In this document: positions 47,414 to 57,009 of the stretch, piece after piece | Layout: each line of letters begins with the position of its first letter | Position numbering within the stretch: the first letter of the stretch is position 1 | From: Acidimicrobiia bacterium | GTDB lineage: Bacteria > Actinomycetota > Acidimicrobiia > Spongiisociales > ZC4RG35 | DNA length: 64,000 nucleotides | Direction of reading: 5' to 3' | Assembly: GCA_965216725.1 (NCBI GenBank) | Contig: CBDCGI010000005.1 | Span: 10,343 to 74,342 of the forward strand | Position numbers and translations under genes: made by a program | The notes under the pieces: generated by a model | What the model saw: the letters and a program-made list of their open reading frames with translations, nothing else | Told to the model about the DNA's origin: nothing | Databases searched by the model: none

Positions 47414-48187
47414 TCATTCCGTCCAGGTCGGGTCCCGCTTCTCGAGAAAGGCGTTGACTCCTTCGGCGGAATCCTCGCTCAGCATGATTTCGGTTAGGGC
47501 GAGCTGGAGCCGGTCTAACGCGGTGTCAAGGTCCGCAGCCAACATGCCAAAGAACGAGTCTCGACCCAGCATCGTCACCGTCGGGCTGGTGGCCATGATG
47601 GCCTCGACGACCTCGTCGACAGCGGTGTCGAGCTCGGATCGGGGCACCACTCGAGAGACAGCCCCCAGCCGATTCGCCTCCTCGGGATTGATCATGCGCC
47701 CGGTGAGCATCATCTCGAGAGCCGCCTTTCGGGGCATGGAGCGAGCGAGGATGGCCGAGATCATCGATGGCCAGAGCCCGACTCTCGCCTCGGTGGTGCC
47801 CAATTTGGCGTCGTCGACACAAACCGTGATGTCACAAGCGACCGCCAACCCGAACCCGCCGGCAAGGGCGTGGCCGTTGACACGCGCCACCGTCGGCTTT
47901 CCCCCGCGCCACATCTCACGAAAGAGATCGGCAAAGGCCGCTCGTTGTCCATGGAGGCCGATCGCCTCGTCGGCGAAGGATCCGGCCAGATCTCCGCCCG
48001 CCGAGAAAGCACGCTCGCCCGCGCCGGTGTAAACGATGACCCTCACGCTGTTGTCTGCGACCGCCTCGCGGGTGGCTGCCGTGAGGCCGGCCATCGTCGA
48101 TACCGACAGAGGATTCATCTTCTCGGGCTCGTTGATGGTGATGGTTGCCCGCCCAGCATCTACCTCGTAGAGGGGGTTTGACTCCAT
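47414..48187 (-). CDS. Enoyl-CoA hydratase/isomerase family protein.
   Basis: VIVYTGAGERAFSAGGDL crotonase-fold motif. Confidence 0.8.
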   Translation of the reverse strand: MESNPLYEVDAGRATITINEPEKMNPLSVSTMAGLTAATREAVADNSVRVIVYTGAGERAFSAGGDLAGSFADEAIGLHGQRAAFADLFREMWRGGKPTVARVNGHALAGGFGLAVACDITVCVDDAKLGTTEARVGLWPSMISAILARSMPRKAALEMMLTGRMINPEEANRLGAVSRVVPRSELDTAVDEVVEAIMATSPTVTMLGRDSFFGMLAADLDTALDRLQLALTEIMLSEDSAEGVNAFLEKRDPTWTE

Positions 48188-48224
48188 TCCCGATCAGCCT
48201 TTCACGTGATTACCGTCAACAGCC

Positions 48225-48815
48225 ATGTTATGGCTTGCGATCGTCCTCTTTCTTGCTCTTGTGATCGCAATGCTCCGGGGCGGCCGGCTATCGAACCTGG
48301 GCGACATCAGATTGCGCGCCTGGTGGCTGCTGGTGATTGGCGTGGCGCTGCAGTTGGGTACCCGCCTGCTGCCTGAAGATGAGTGGGCCGAGACGACGGG
48401 CGTGGCGATGGTTCTCCTCTCGTTTGGCCTGCTTCTGCTCATGGTGATCCTCAACCGTCGTGAGCCGGGCATGTGGTTGGCGGGTCTTGGGATACTCATG
48501 AATTTCACAGTGATCGCTGCCAACGGCGGAATGCCAGTGATGCGAGAGGCAGCCGAGGTGGCGAGTGGGTTTACCGTCTCCGAGCCAGACATCTCTGGCT
48601 CGTTCAATCATGTTCCCCTCGACGAAGACTCGAATCTGGTTTTCCTCGCCGATGTGATCCCGCTGCGGCTGGGAACCATGGGCACGGTGATCAGTCTCGG
48701 GGATGTTCTCTTGGCGGTCGGTTTGGGCCGCTTCCTCGAGGCCGAGCTCAGACGACCCAGAAGGTGGTTCCGTCACGGAGCCTCCGCAGAACCAGGGAGT
48801 GCTGCGGGCAGCTGA
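48225..48815 (+). CDS. Membrane protein, hypothetical.
   Basis: Four or five hydrophobic helices. No recognisable catalytic motif. Confidence 0.4.
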   Translation: MLWLAIVLFLALVIAMLRGGRLSNLGDIRLRAWWLLVIGVALQLGTRLLPEDEWAETTGVAMVLLSFGLLLLMVILNRREPGMWLAGLGILMNFTVIAANGGMPVMREAAEVASGFTVSEPDISGSFNHVPLDEDSNLVFLADVIPLRLGTMGTVISLGDVLLAVGLGRFLEAELRRPRRWFRHGASAEPGSAAGS

Positions 48816-48822
48816 CCGGGCG

Positions 48823-50070
48823 CTATCCAGTTCGGACCGTTGTCAGCACGCCCCTGGTCTGGAGAAGGCGTCGCACCGAGGCCACAACCCTGGGGTCGTA
48901 TTCGTACGCAGCTCCGGCGTGGAGGTTTTCCAAGGCCTGGAGTGGCGAGAGACCCTCTTCGTGAACCTGCCAGTCGTACGCAGCCGCGACCTTGATGATG
49001 CGGGAGACGATGGAAACCTCCGGATCAGACTCTTCGCCGGGTCGCCGGTAAGGCTCGTAGAGGTCGCGGACATGAGAGGCGACTTTGTCCAAGTAAGGCG
49101 ACTCGGCAATGATCTCTGCGCTCCAACGGGCAATGTCGTCGTCGGTAAAGCCCATCCTGAGCACTTGAGGCTCGTTGAGACTGACACGGCCGATGTCATG
49201 CATGAGCGAGGCGTATTCCACTTCTTCCACCTCGAGGGGACCGAGCCCTATCTCCTTGGCGATCGAGGAGGCAAGAGCGGTGGTCCGATCGGCGTGGCCG
49301 TCGACGCCCAGCCCTGAGACCTCAGGAATCCGTGCCAGAGCGCGAATGGTCTGCTTGTAGGTGACGCGTGTCTCTTGAAATCTTCGGAATGCACTGTGGG
49401 CGAACGCGTACGGGAGGACAGAGATCGGAGCGGCCCACCATCCGATCGCCGGGAACATCTCACCGAATAATGCCCCGGTGAGCGCAAGCCCGACGAACAC
49501 GTTGAGATCGTGGATCAGGGCTCTGGCCAGATAGGTGCGGGATAGTTCCCTGGGGCCGAGGATGAGAAGCGCGCGAAGGGTCACCTCGACCAGAATCCAC
49601 GCAGCCAATGCCACACTGAACGGAAGCAGATCCTCCCAACCGCCATCCAGGTTGGCGAAGACTCCCACTCGCATCATCGAGTAGACGGATGCGTAGGTCA
49701 CGTAGCCGATCAGACGTCGGGTGAGGGAGGGCAAAAGCTCACCGTGCTCCTCGCCACGCGAATACCGGAGAGTCCAAACCAGGGCCAAGCCCAGGCCATA
49801 GACACCTATGGCACCCGCCAGATCGACGCCCTCACCGTCGCCGAGCACGAACGGAATCGCCGCCGCGACTGCCACCCCTGTTGTGAAGCGGTTGCCAGAG
49901 TTGGAGGTCGAGACTCCGATGAGTGATGCCACCGCAAGCATCGCGATTGCGGCAACTAGACCCAGCGGCTGAGTCGAAGCCCTCACGACGCCGCTGATTC
50001 CCACGACCAGGGCAACGACAGGGAACGCCCACGAGAGGGCGGCGACTGTACGCTTGCTCCACTCAGCCAC
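48823..50070 (-). CDS. Membrane-anchored HD-domain protein, HD-GYP-like but without the GYP motif.
   Basis: Polytopic N-terminus. YASLMHDIGRVSL HD motif. No HHExxDGxGYP. Confidence 0.6.
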   Translation of the reverse strand: MAEWSKRTVAALSWAFPVVALVVGISGVVRASTQPLGLVAAIAMLAVASLIGVSTSNSGNRFTTGVAVAAAIPFVLGDGEGVDLAGAIGVYGLGLALVWTLRYSRGEEHGELLPSLTRRLIGYVTYASVYSMMRVGVFANLDGGWEDLLPFSVALAAWILVEVTLRALLILGPRELSRTYLARALIHDLNVFVGLALTGALFGEMFPAIGWWAAPISVLPYAFAHSAFRRFQETRVTYKQTIRALARIPEVSGLGVDGHADRTTALASSIAKEIGLGPLEVEEVEYASLMHDIGRVSLNEPQVLRMGFTDDDIARWSAEIIAESPYLDKVASHVRDLYEPYRRPGEESDPEVSIVSRIIKVAAAYDWQVHEEGLSPLQALENLHAGAAYEYDPRVVASVRRLLQTRGVLTTVRTG

Positions 50071-51457
50071 GGAGGGTCAACTCCGGTTCCTCAGCCAGAC
50101 GGCGGGCCATTTCCTCGTCGTTCACGTGAGGAGCCCCCCAGGTCTGGCCGGTCTTGTTCAGCGCCCTTTCGAACGCGTCAACGACGTCGGGGTGGAACTG
50201 GCGCCCGGAGTGCCTGCGTAGCTCTCCCAAGGCGTACTGCTGTGACAACGCCATCCGGTAGCTGCGTGCCGACGTCATGGCGTCGAAGGAGTCGGCAACG
50301 GCGACGATGGAAGCCTCGAGGCTCGGAGTGCGCCCTTCGGTGTGCCCCTGACCTCCGTAGCCGGTCCCGTCGTAGTTGGAGTGATGGCCGGAGGCGATAT
50401 AGACCATCGGTTGCAGGAAATCCACTTCGGCGAGGATCTCCTCCACGAGGTGGGCGTGCTTCTTCATCTCCTCGTACTCGTCGTCGTCGAGACGACCTCT
50501 CTTCCGAATCAGCTCGGTGGGGACGGCCAATTTCCCCAGATCATGGATGAGTGACGCCCACTTCACCGTTTCCAGCTGGGTGCCTGTGAAAGCCAGCTCC
50601 TCTCCGATCAACTGGGCGAAGTAGGCCACACGCTCCGTATGACCTCTGGTGTACATGTCTTTGGCCTCGAGGGTCTTGACGAAACCTTTGATCGAGCTGA
50701 GATGGGCCTCTCGCAACTGGGAAAAGGCATACAACGACATGTGGCCGATGCCATAGACCCCGACCACCAGCACCAGGAGGGCAGGACGATCCACGATGAG
50801 ATAGGCGGCACCGATCAGACCTCCGAGAAGGCCCATGCCCACTTCCGAGGTGAAGATGACGTGCATCTTCGACCAGGGCTCCAGGTTGTCTCCGCCAAAT
50901 ACACTCTTGACCGCCGCGCGGATCATCAAAGTCTGCACGGTGACGTAGGCAAGAGCTGCGAGTGTGCAGGCAACCGCCACACGAACGAGATCCTCCTGGC
51001 CAATGTCGACTACCCGACCCAGATTTGCGTCGAGAATGAAACCGGCCACCGCAGCAGCAACGACGATCTGGCCGGCGTTGGCCACCGGTTGGAACACACG
51101 ACGATCCCGGAGATCATCCGGAGTGAGAAAAGCGGTGGCCCCCATCAGGGCCATGCCAAACATGGCGTCCGATCCGGGTTGGATGGCGAAGATCACCCCG
51201 GCCGTCATCATCACCATTACTGACGATGAAGCGAGCATCCGATCGTTCACCTCGACAGCGAAGAAGTCGAGAATCACAAAGAGGATGGTGAAGGGGAGCC
51301 AGACGGACCAAGAGAACGGCTCAGATACCGCGTAGGAGACCACAAGCGCTGAGACGCCGAGAGCCAGATATGTGGCTCCGATCTTGAGCTTCCGTTGCGC
51401 GGTCAGACCAAGACGGTCATACCGTCCCCGCCAGCCGTTTCGTTGATTCCATTCCAT
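50063..51457 (-). CDS. Membrane-anchored HD-GYP domain phosphodiesterase.
   Basis: Polytopic N-terminus. HTERVAYFAQLI, ASLIHDLGKLAVP and HHSNYDGTGYGG (HD-GYP). Confidence 0.7.
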   Translation of the reverse strand: MEWNQRNGWRGRYDRLGLTAQRKLKIGATYLALGVSALVVSYAVSEPFSWSVWLPFTILFVILDFFAVEVNDRMLASSSVMVMMTAGVIFAIQPGSDAMFGMALMGATAFLTPDDLRDRRVFQPVANAGQIVVAAAVAGFILDANLGRVVDIGQEDLVRVAVACTLAALAYVTVQTLMIRAAVKSVFGGDNLEPWSKMHVIFTSEVGMGLLGGLIGAAYLIVDRPALLVLVVGVYGIGHMSLYAFSQLREAHLSSIKGFVKTLEAKDMYTRGHTERVAYFAQLIGEELAFTGTQLETVKWASLIHDLGKLAVPTELIRKRGRLDDDEYEEMKKHAHLVEEILAEVDFLQPMVYIASGHHSNYDGTGYGGQGHTEGRTPSLEASIVAVADSFDAMTSARSYRMALSQQYALGELRRHSGRQFHPDVVDAFERALNKTGQTWGAPHVNDEEMARRLAEEPELTLRG

Positions 51458-51468
51458 AACCGGGCCCC

Positions 51469-51486
51469 GACAGTTGACTAACTGTC
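51469..51486. promoter_or_regulatory. Inverted repeat GACAGTT-gact-AACTGTC lying 12-30 nt upstream of the HD-GYP start codon. Candidate operator.
   Basis: 7-bp perfect arms read directly. Located at the 5' end of the HD-GYP gene, within a 420-bp lower-G+C intergenic region. Confidence 0.4.
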
Positions 51487-51879
51487 ACATATGGAGGTGG
51501 TGAGCCGGCGTCTTTCCTCAGCCGATCCTTAACCCTTTACGCAACCAGCCTCCGCCGGTGGGCGTATTGGGGAAATCGGTATCCGTGCAAACGGGCCATT
51601 TTGATCTCGACGCTCACCTCGGGGTGTCTATTTCACCGACCTGGTGTCGGTGCTGACGATCCGCTCCGCTGGGTAGTAGATGTGCGTTTTACTTCATAGG
51701 CCGACGTCTGACGCCGGTCTCACCCTTCCCGTCGATCTCTCGACGGAACCTTCACATGTCAAAAGGCCCCTGACTTCGCCCGCCATGTGGGCCGGGGCTG
51801 ACGGGTCAAGGACCACATCGCCCCACGGCTACCTGAATGGATAGCTCCAGCGGGAGCCAATCTAGAGGTTCGGTACCGG

Positions 51880-52566
51880 GTGAACAAGAAGAAAGTCACT
51901 CAATGTCGTCACGGGCGACGCTCCGAGTTGTACGCTTCCCTGGCCATGGATGTTGTCGCCCTCCAGGAGAAGATCACTCGCATCGATGGGGTCGAAGCGG
52001 CACGAGTCGTGGGCGGCAAAGGCAGAGTCGCCGAGATTCATGTTCTTGCCCGCCGCAACAAGACCCCAAAACAGCTCGTACGCGATGTGCAATCACTGAG
52101 CCAGGCCCTGTTCGGCCAAGACATCGACCGGCGTGTGGTCTCGGTGGTCCAACTAGCCGACTCCGACCTCGACGGAGGAGTCAGGCCGGCTCTGGTGGAC
52201 GTTGCGGAGACGCTCGACGGATCACGGGCCGAGGTCAAGGTCACACTCCGCTGGGATGGCCAACTCCTCACCGGGCTGGCCACCGGCGCCGCGGCATCGA
52301 CGATGCGAGCGCGCCAGGTTGCCGAGGCAACTGTTGACGCGATTCGAGCCGCCACCCACCCAGACGCCGCATTGGCGGTCAGTTCGATGGACGTGCCGAC
52401 TCTCGGAAGCCGCAAGGTGGCGGTGGCACAAGTGGTCCTGGTCACCGAGGCCACGGAGAAACACCTGATCGGCGCGGCCTATATCGACGAAGACGAAGCG
52501 CGCGCCGTGGTACGTGCGGTGCTGGACGCCCTGAATCGCGTCTTGCCCGACTTGAAGACCGACTAG
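51880..52566 (+). CDS. Tandem-domain protein with Asp23/Gls24-like repeats. The start is uncertain and could be the ATG at 51946.
   Basis: Two ~75-aa repeats matching the pattern GV...V.V.V.....G..I.EV...V. Tentative. Confidence 0.3.
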   Translation: MNKKKVTQCRHGRRSELYASLAMDVVALQEKITRIDGVEAARVVGGKGRVAEIHVLARRNKTPKQLVRDVQSLSQALFGQDIDRRVVSVVQLADSDLDGGVRPALVDVAETLDGSRAEVKVTLRWDGQLLTGLATGAAASTMRARQVAEATVDAIRAATHPDAALAVSSMDVPTLGSRKVAVAQVVLVTEATEKHLIGAAYIDEDEARAVVRAVLDALNRVLPDLKTD

Positions 52567-53576
52567 CTGCGAATCTGTCGGATCACCTCCGACTGGGCAT
52601 CGGGGTCGAGCGACATCACGTTGCCCAGGGCATAGAAGCCGACCCGTTGCAATCTTCCGGTGCACCGATCCCTGATCGCTTCGCCAAGCTTTTCGATGGG
52701 GGCGATCACCGCCACTGCCTCTACGGCCTCGTCGGGCACGACGCCGATCATCTTGTCCCACTCTCCACGCCTCGACATCGCACGCAGCTCACCGTTGAAG
52801 TCCCAATCCTCGGCCTCGAAGATTGGTGCGTAAGACGGCGTTGACCCGTAGAACGAGATCTGCTGGCGGATCGGCTCCATCGCCTGCTCCAATTCGGCCT
52901 GACTCTCACCGGTGGCAACAAACAGGGCGGTAACACGCTCGACATCGCCAAGGGTGCGTCCACCTGCCTCAGCGCCCTCTTCGATCTGCGGCAGCACAAC
53001 ATCGTCCAGATAGCGTGCCGTGTGAAACGGGTGGACATGGAAACCATCGCATATCTCCCCTGCCATCCTCGAGAGGTAAGGGCCTACGCCCGCGATGTAG
53101 ACCGGAACATCCGGGTGGTTGATCGGACCTGGATCAAAAAAGGGTGTCATCAGAGAGAATTGGTAGAACTCACCGTCATAGCGAAGTGGGGTCGACTGTT
53201 GCCACGCGTCCCAAATGGCACGCATGGACAGGATGTAGTCGCGAAGACGGGGACCGGGCTTGTCCCAAGCAGTCGAGAATCGACGGGTGATATGCGCCCT
53301 CACCTGGGTTCCAAGTCCGAGCATGAACCTGCCTCGGGACATCCGGGCTAGATCCCATGCCACCATCGCCATTGCCATCGGCGACCGAGGAAAGGCCACC
53401 GCGATTCCCGTACCCAGCTCGAGATCGGCCCCCACCGACGAGGCCACCGCCAAGGGAAGAAAAGGGTCGTGCTGAGTCTCGGCGGTGAAGAAACCGTCGA
53501 AGCCGATGCTTTTGGCCCGTTGTGCAGCCTCGGCGGCGACCTCGGGGGCGCCTGAGTACCAGAAATCCACTTTCAT
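52563..53576 (-). CDS. F420-dependent luciferase-like monooxygenase (LLM class) oxidoreductase.
   Basis: MKVDFWYS...GFDGFFTAETQHDPFLPLA...RFMLGLGTQVRAHITRRFSTAWDKPGPRLRDYI is the LLM TIM-barrel pattern. The track ORF N-extension is not supported. Confidence 0.75.
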   Translation of the reverse strand: MKVDFWYSGAPEVAAEAAQRAKSIGFDGFFTAETQHDPFLPLAVASSVGADLELGTGIAVAFPRSPMAMAMVAWDLARMSRGRFMLGLGTQVRAHITRRFSTAWDKPGPRLRDYILSMRAIWDAWQQSTPLRYDGEFYQFSLMTPFFDPGPINHPDVPVYIAGVGPYLSRMAGEICDGFHVHPFHTARYLDDVVLPQIEEGAEAGGRTLGDVERVTALFVATGESQAELEQAMEPIRQQISFYGSTPSYAPIFEAEDWDFNGELRAMSRRGEWDKMIGVVPDEAVEAVAVIAPIEKLGEAIRDRCTGRLQRVGFYALGNVMSLDPDAQSEVIRQIRS

Positions 53577-53946
53577 GAAAGCCAGGTTAGGGGGGCTCGC
53601 CGAGCGGGTAGCCTTGGTAGCCATGAATCGAGCCGCAAAGCTGCTGGGAATCATTGGAGGAGCAATCGCGATCCTTTGGGCCATGCGCGACCGGTTCATC
53701 TCGGTCGCGGCGTCTCGCGAACCCGAATCGCCACACTTTCGGGCGGTGACGCCGATCCGTGTCGGTGACAGGAGCGTCAGTGAGATCGACGGAATAGGGC
53801 CCGTCTTCGCCGGCCGTCTCCAGGATGCGGGTCTCGAAACGATCTCAGATTTGGGTGCGGCGTCTCCCGATCTGGTGGCAGAGGCGGCCGGAGTGTCGGC
53901 AGCCCGTGCCCGCGCCTGGATCGAGCAGGCCCGCTCTGTCGACTGA
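53575..53946 (+). CDS. Membrane-anchored helix-hairpin-helix (DUF4332-like) protein. The start is uncertain and could be the ATG at 53623.
   Basis: TM helix (LLGIIGGAIAILWA) then IDGIGPVFAGRLQDAGLETISDL HhH. The ATG at 53575 shares the CATG with the divergent LLM start. Confidence 0.4.
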   Translation: MKARLGGLAERVALVAMNRAAKLLGIIGGAIAILWAMRDRFISVAASREPESPHFRAVTPIRVGDRSVSEIDGIGPVFAGRLQDAGLETISDLGAASPDLVAEAAGVSAARARAWIEQARSVD

Positions 53947-54973
53947 CTCGCCGTACCTGACGGCACCAGAAGCACTCGGCGACCTCCTGGCGGATCAGCC
54001 GCCGTATCGCACCCGACAGCTCCAGTACTGGCTCTATCAACAACCCGTGACGGACGCCGACTCGATGACCAACCTGCCAATGGAGCTGAGGGCAGCGCTG
54101 GGGCCCGTGTTGTGGCCATTCGAAGTGGAGGCGCATCAGTCCTCAGATTCAGGCGCAACCGTGAAGTGGTTGTTCCGTGCCCGGGACGGTGCCGCCTATG
54201 AGGCGGTGCTGATGGGATATCGGAACCGGGTCACCCTCTGCATTTCGAGCCAGGCAGGCTGTGCACTGGGGTGCACCTTCTGTGCCACGGGTCAGTTCGG
54301 CTTCGAGAGGCACCTGGATGCAGGAGAGATCGTGGCCCAGGTTGCCTATGCGCGGGCATTCGTGCGCGAGCTCGGTCTCCCGGGATCGCCGGACCGGGTC
54401 ACCAACGTCGTGTTCATGGGGATGGGCGAGCCGCTGGCCAACTATGAAAGAGTCCGAGAGGCGATCCGACGCATGGTGGACGTGATGGGAATCTCGGCTC
54501 GATCGATCACCGTCTCCACAGTCGGCATGGTCCCCGGGATACGAAAGCTCACCGACGACCCGTGGCCCGTATACCTCGCCATCAGCCTCCACGCCGCCGA
54601 CGACGATCTCCGATCAAGCCTGGTGCCGATCAACAAGAGATACCCGCTGGCCATGCTGGAGGAGGCGGCCCAGGCATATTTCGATCGCAAGGGAAGACGT
54701 ATCTCGATCGAGTGGACGATGATCGACGGCATCAACGACACCCCCGATCAGGCCGACAAACTGGCGGGCATCGCCCTCAGGTTGAGGGCACACGTCAATC
54801 TCATCGCTCTGAACCCGACCCCACTCACTGAAATGGCTGCCTCTTCCAAAGCCAGCATCCAGTCGTTCGCAAAACGGCTTTCCGACAAAGGGGTCAATGT
54901 GACCGTTCGGGACACGAGAGGGCGCGACATCGACGCCGCGTGTGGGCAGCTCAGGGTAATTGCTGGCAAATAG
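53906..54973 (+). CDS. rlmN: 23S rRNA (A2503-C2) / tRNA methyltransferase, radical SAM enzyme.
   Basis: CALGCTFCATGQ radical-SAM CxxxCxxC, GMGEPLAN, and C-terminal Cys. The GTG at 53906 places about 37 aa before the conserved YRTRQL, typical for RlmN. No ATG is available. Confidence 0.8.
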   Translation: MPAPGSSRPALSTDSPYLTAPEALGDLLADQPPYRTRQLQYWLYQQPVTDADSMTNLPMELRAALGPVLWPFEVEAHQSSDSGATVKWLFRARDGAAYEAVLMGYRNRVTLCISSQAGCALGCTFCATGQFGFERHLDAGEIVAQVAYARAFVRELGLPGSPDRVTNVVFMGMGEPLANYERVREAIRRMVDVMGISARSITVSTVGMVPGIRKLTDDPWPVYLAISLHAADDDLRSSLVPINKRYPLAMLEEAAQAYFDRKGRRISIEWTMIDGINDTPDQADKLAGIALRLRAHVNLIALNPTPLTEMAASSKASIQSFAKRLSDKGVNVTVRDTRGRDIDAACGQLRVIAGK

Positions 54974-55024
54974 GCCCCCCGTGGGTAGTCTTCTTCGGGC
55001 GGAGCGGTTCAGGGGCTGAAGGAG

Positions 55025-56203
55025 TTGTGCCTTCACATGCCCAAGCTTCGTCGTACGCGTGCAGCCGCGGTCACTCTCTCCCTCATCCTGATTGTGGCGA
55101 CGGTGTCTGTCGATTACACGGTCCAGCAAGGCGACACACTCGGCCGGATTGCCCGCGATCAAGGTGTATCGCTGAGTGATCTCATCGAGGCCAACGACAT
55201 CGACAACCCCAACCTGATCTATCCCGGACAGGTTCTGATCATCCCCGGCGAGGAGGGGAAACCTCCCGTGATCCACATCGTCAGCAGGGGCGAGACGCTC
55301 AACAAGATCGCAGCGAGCTACGGAGTCAGCGCTGCCACCTTGGCCAAGATCAACGAGCTGTCCAACCCCAATCTGATCTACCCGGGACAGGAGCTCGTCG
55401 TCGAAGAAGGTAAGGAGCCCGGAGATCCGGGCAACGGTGGAGCTGGTGGCGGAGGCACCAACGACCCCTACCAGGCCACGCGCTCCGGCCGAACCCACAT
55501 AGTCCGGCGAGGGGAGACCCTCCAGTCGATAGCCGCCCAGTACAAGGGAATCTCAGCTGCGAACATCCAAAGAGCCAACGGCATGGTCGACGGTCGCATC
55601 TACTCGGGAACCCGCCTCTTCCTGGATGGCCCCTCCTTCACTGCCGGGGGTGGGCAGGGTCAGGCCCAATACCGTGTCGTACGTGGCGATCGGCTCAGTG
55701 ACATCGCCGCTCGCTTCAACACGTCCGTTGGAGCCATTGCCCGGCTCAACGGCATCCAGAACGTCAACCAGATTGGAAGTGGCCAGATACTCAAGCTCCC
55801 CGGTGGCAAGGGGTCATGGGTTTGCCCGGTTGACTCGGGGACGTTCTTCAACGATTGGGGCTTCCCTCGTTCGGGTGGCCGCTACCACGAGGGGAACGAC
55901 ATCTTCGCCGCATTTCGGACACCCGTAAGGGCGCCCGTCTCCGGCGTGGTTCAGTTCATCACAGGGAGCGTGGGCGGCTACCAATTCACCCTCATGGGAG
56001 ACGACGGGGCGCGTTATCTCGGAAGCCACATGGACGGTTTCGAGGGCGAGAGCGGGCGCCGGGTGGAGGCGGGAGAGGTCGTTGGATACATCGGCAACTC
56101 AGGCAACGCTGTGGGGACCCGTCCTCACCTCCATTTCGGGATCTACATCGGCGCCCTCGCCGTCAACCCCTACCCGAGCCTGCAGGCAAACGGCTGCAAA
56201 TGA
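55025..56203 (+). CDS. Secreted peptidoglycan hydrolase with four LysM domains and a C-terminal M23 peptidase domain.
   Basis: Four repeats of the YTVQQGDTLGRIA type. C-terminal HEGNDIFA...GNSGNAVGTRPHLHFGIY (M23 HxxxD / HxH). Confidence 0.8.
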   Translation: MCLHMPKLRRTRAAAVTLSLILIVATVSVDYTVQQGDTLGRIARDQGVSLSDLIEANDIDNPNLIYPGQVLIIPGEEGKPPVIHIVSRGETLNKIAASYGVSAATLAKINELSNPNLIYPGQELVVEEGKEPGDPGNGGAGGGGTNDPYQATRSGRTHIVRRGETLQSIAAQYKGISAANIQRANGMVDGRIYSGTRLFLDGPSFTAGGGQGQAQYRVVRGDRLSDIAARFNTSVGAIARLNGIQNVNQIGSGQILKLPGGKGSWVCPVDSGTFFNDWGFPRSGGRYHEGNDIFAAFRTPVRAPVSGVVQFITGSVGGYQFTLMGDDGARYLGSHMDGFEGESGRRVEAGEVVGYIGNSGNAVGTRPHLHFGIYIGALAVNPYPSLQANGCK

Positions 56204-56400
56204 GAGTTCTGAGTGATGCTCAGGCCTGGATCGACGCCGTGCGCGCCCTAGCCGGCCGCTGGAGCATAAGTCGAGCCCACCGGGCCCATCAGAGGGCGAT
56301 GCGACCCAGGGTGACACCGCTCCGGCTCATACACGGAGACGAAATCGCCGGTTCCCACAACCAACAATGGGATCCACCACTCGACGAGGCGGTTTGAACT

Positions 56401-57009
56401 TCAGCGAGAGCGGGTGATCTCGAACCGATCCCGCGTGAGGGTGTAGCTGGTGCCCGACATGCGCCCGACAGCGTCGATTACCTCAGGCTTGACTCTCGTC
56501 CCGTCAAGGGCGTCTTCACGGACGTGAATCGCCAGCACCTGACCAATGACTAGACGGGTCGTGGGCTCCTCGCCGAAAGCCAGCATCTCTTCGACCCTGC
56601 ACTCCAGATTCGCCGGGGCCTCATCGACGAGCGGCGCATCGGTCACCGATCCCGGCACCGGAGTAAGGCCTGCGATCGCGAACTCATCGTCGTCGGGGCC
56701 GAAGGAGCCCGAGGTGACACTCATCGCTTGAGCCAAGTCGGCGGACACGATGTTCACGGTGAACTCCCCCGTTTGATTTGCCAGCTCGACCGAGTCCTTG
56801 GGCCGATCGGGGTGACGGCCCCCTGAGAACAGGACCATTGGCGGCGAGGTGGAGACTACGTTGAAGAACGAGAACGGAGCCAGGTTGTAGCTCCCGTTTG
56901 GCCTTCGGGTTCCGATCCAACCAATCGGCCTGGGCACCACGAGGCCGGACAACAGCTTGTAGCGGTCGCGGCGTTCGCTCCCGTCGAGGGCGAAGAAGGC
57001 CTTGTTCAA
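56401..57009 (-). CDS. Flavin reductase (NADH:FMN oxidoreductase family).
   Basis: LLSGLVVPRPIGWIGTRRPNGSYNLAPFSFFN flavin-reductase-like domain. Confidence 0.75.
   Translation of the reverse strand: MNKAFFALDGSERRDRYKLLSGLVVPRPIGWIGTRRPNGSYNLAPFSFFNVVSTSPPMVLFSGGRHPDRPKDSVELANQTGEFTVNIVSADLAQAMSVTSGSFGPDDDEFAIAGLTPVPGSVTDAPLVDEAPANLECRVEEMLAFGEEPTTRLVIGQVLAIHVREDALDGTRVKPEVIDAVGRMSGTSYTLTRDRFEITRSR

Noticed and set aside
51458-51879. c-di-GMP riboswitch (GEMM-I/II) in the 420-bp leader next to the HD-GYP gene.
   Set aside because: A GNRA hairpin (CCGU-GCAA-ACGG) and ACGCAA-like strings are present, but I could not assemble the paired P1/P2 helices with the conserved GGCAAACC ... GACGCAAAGC arrangement on either strand. 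It is left as a region to scan with Infernal, not called.
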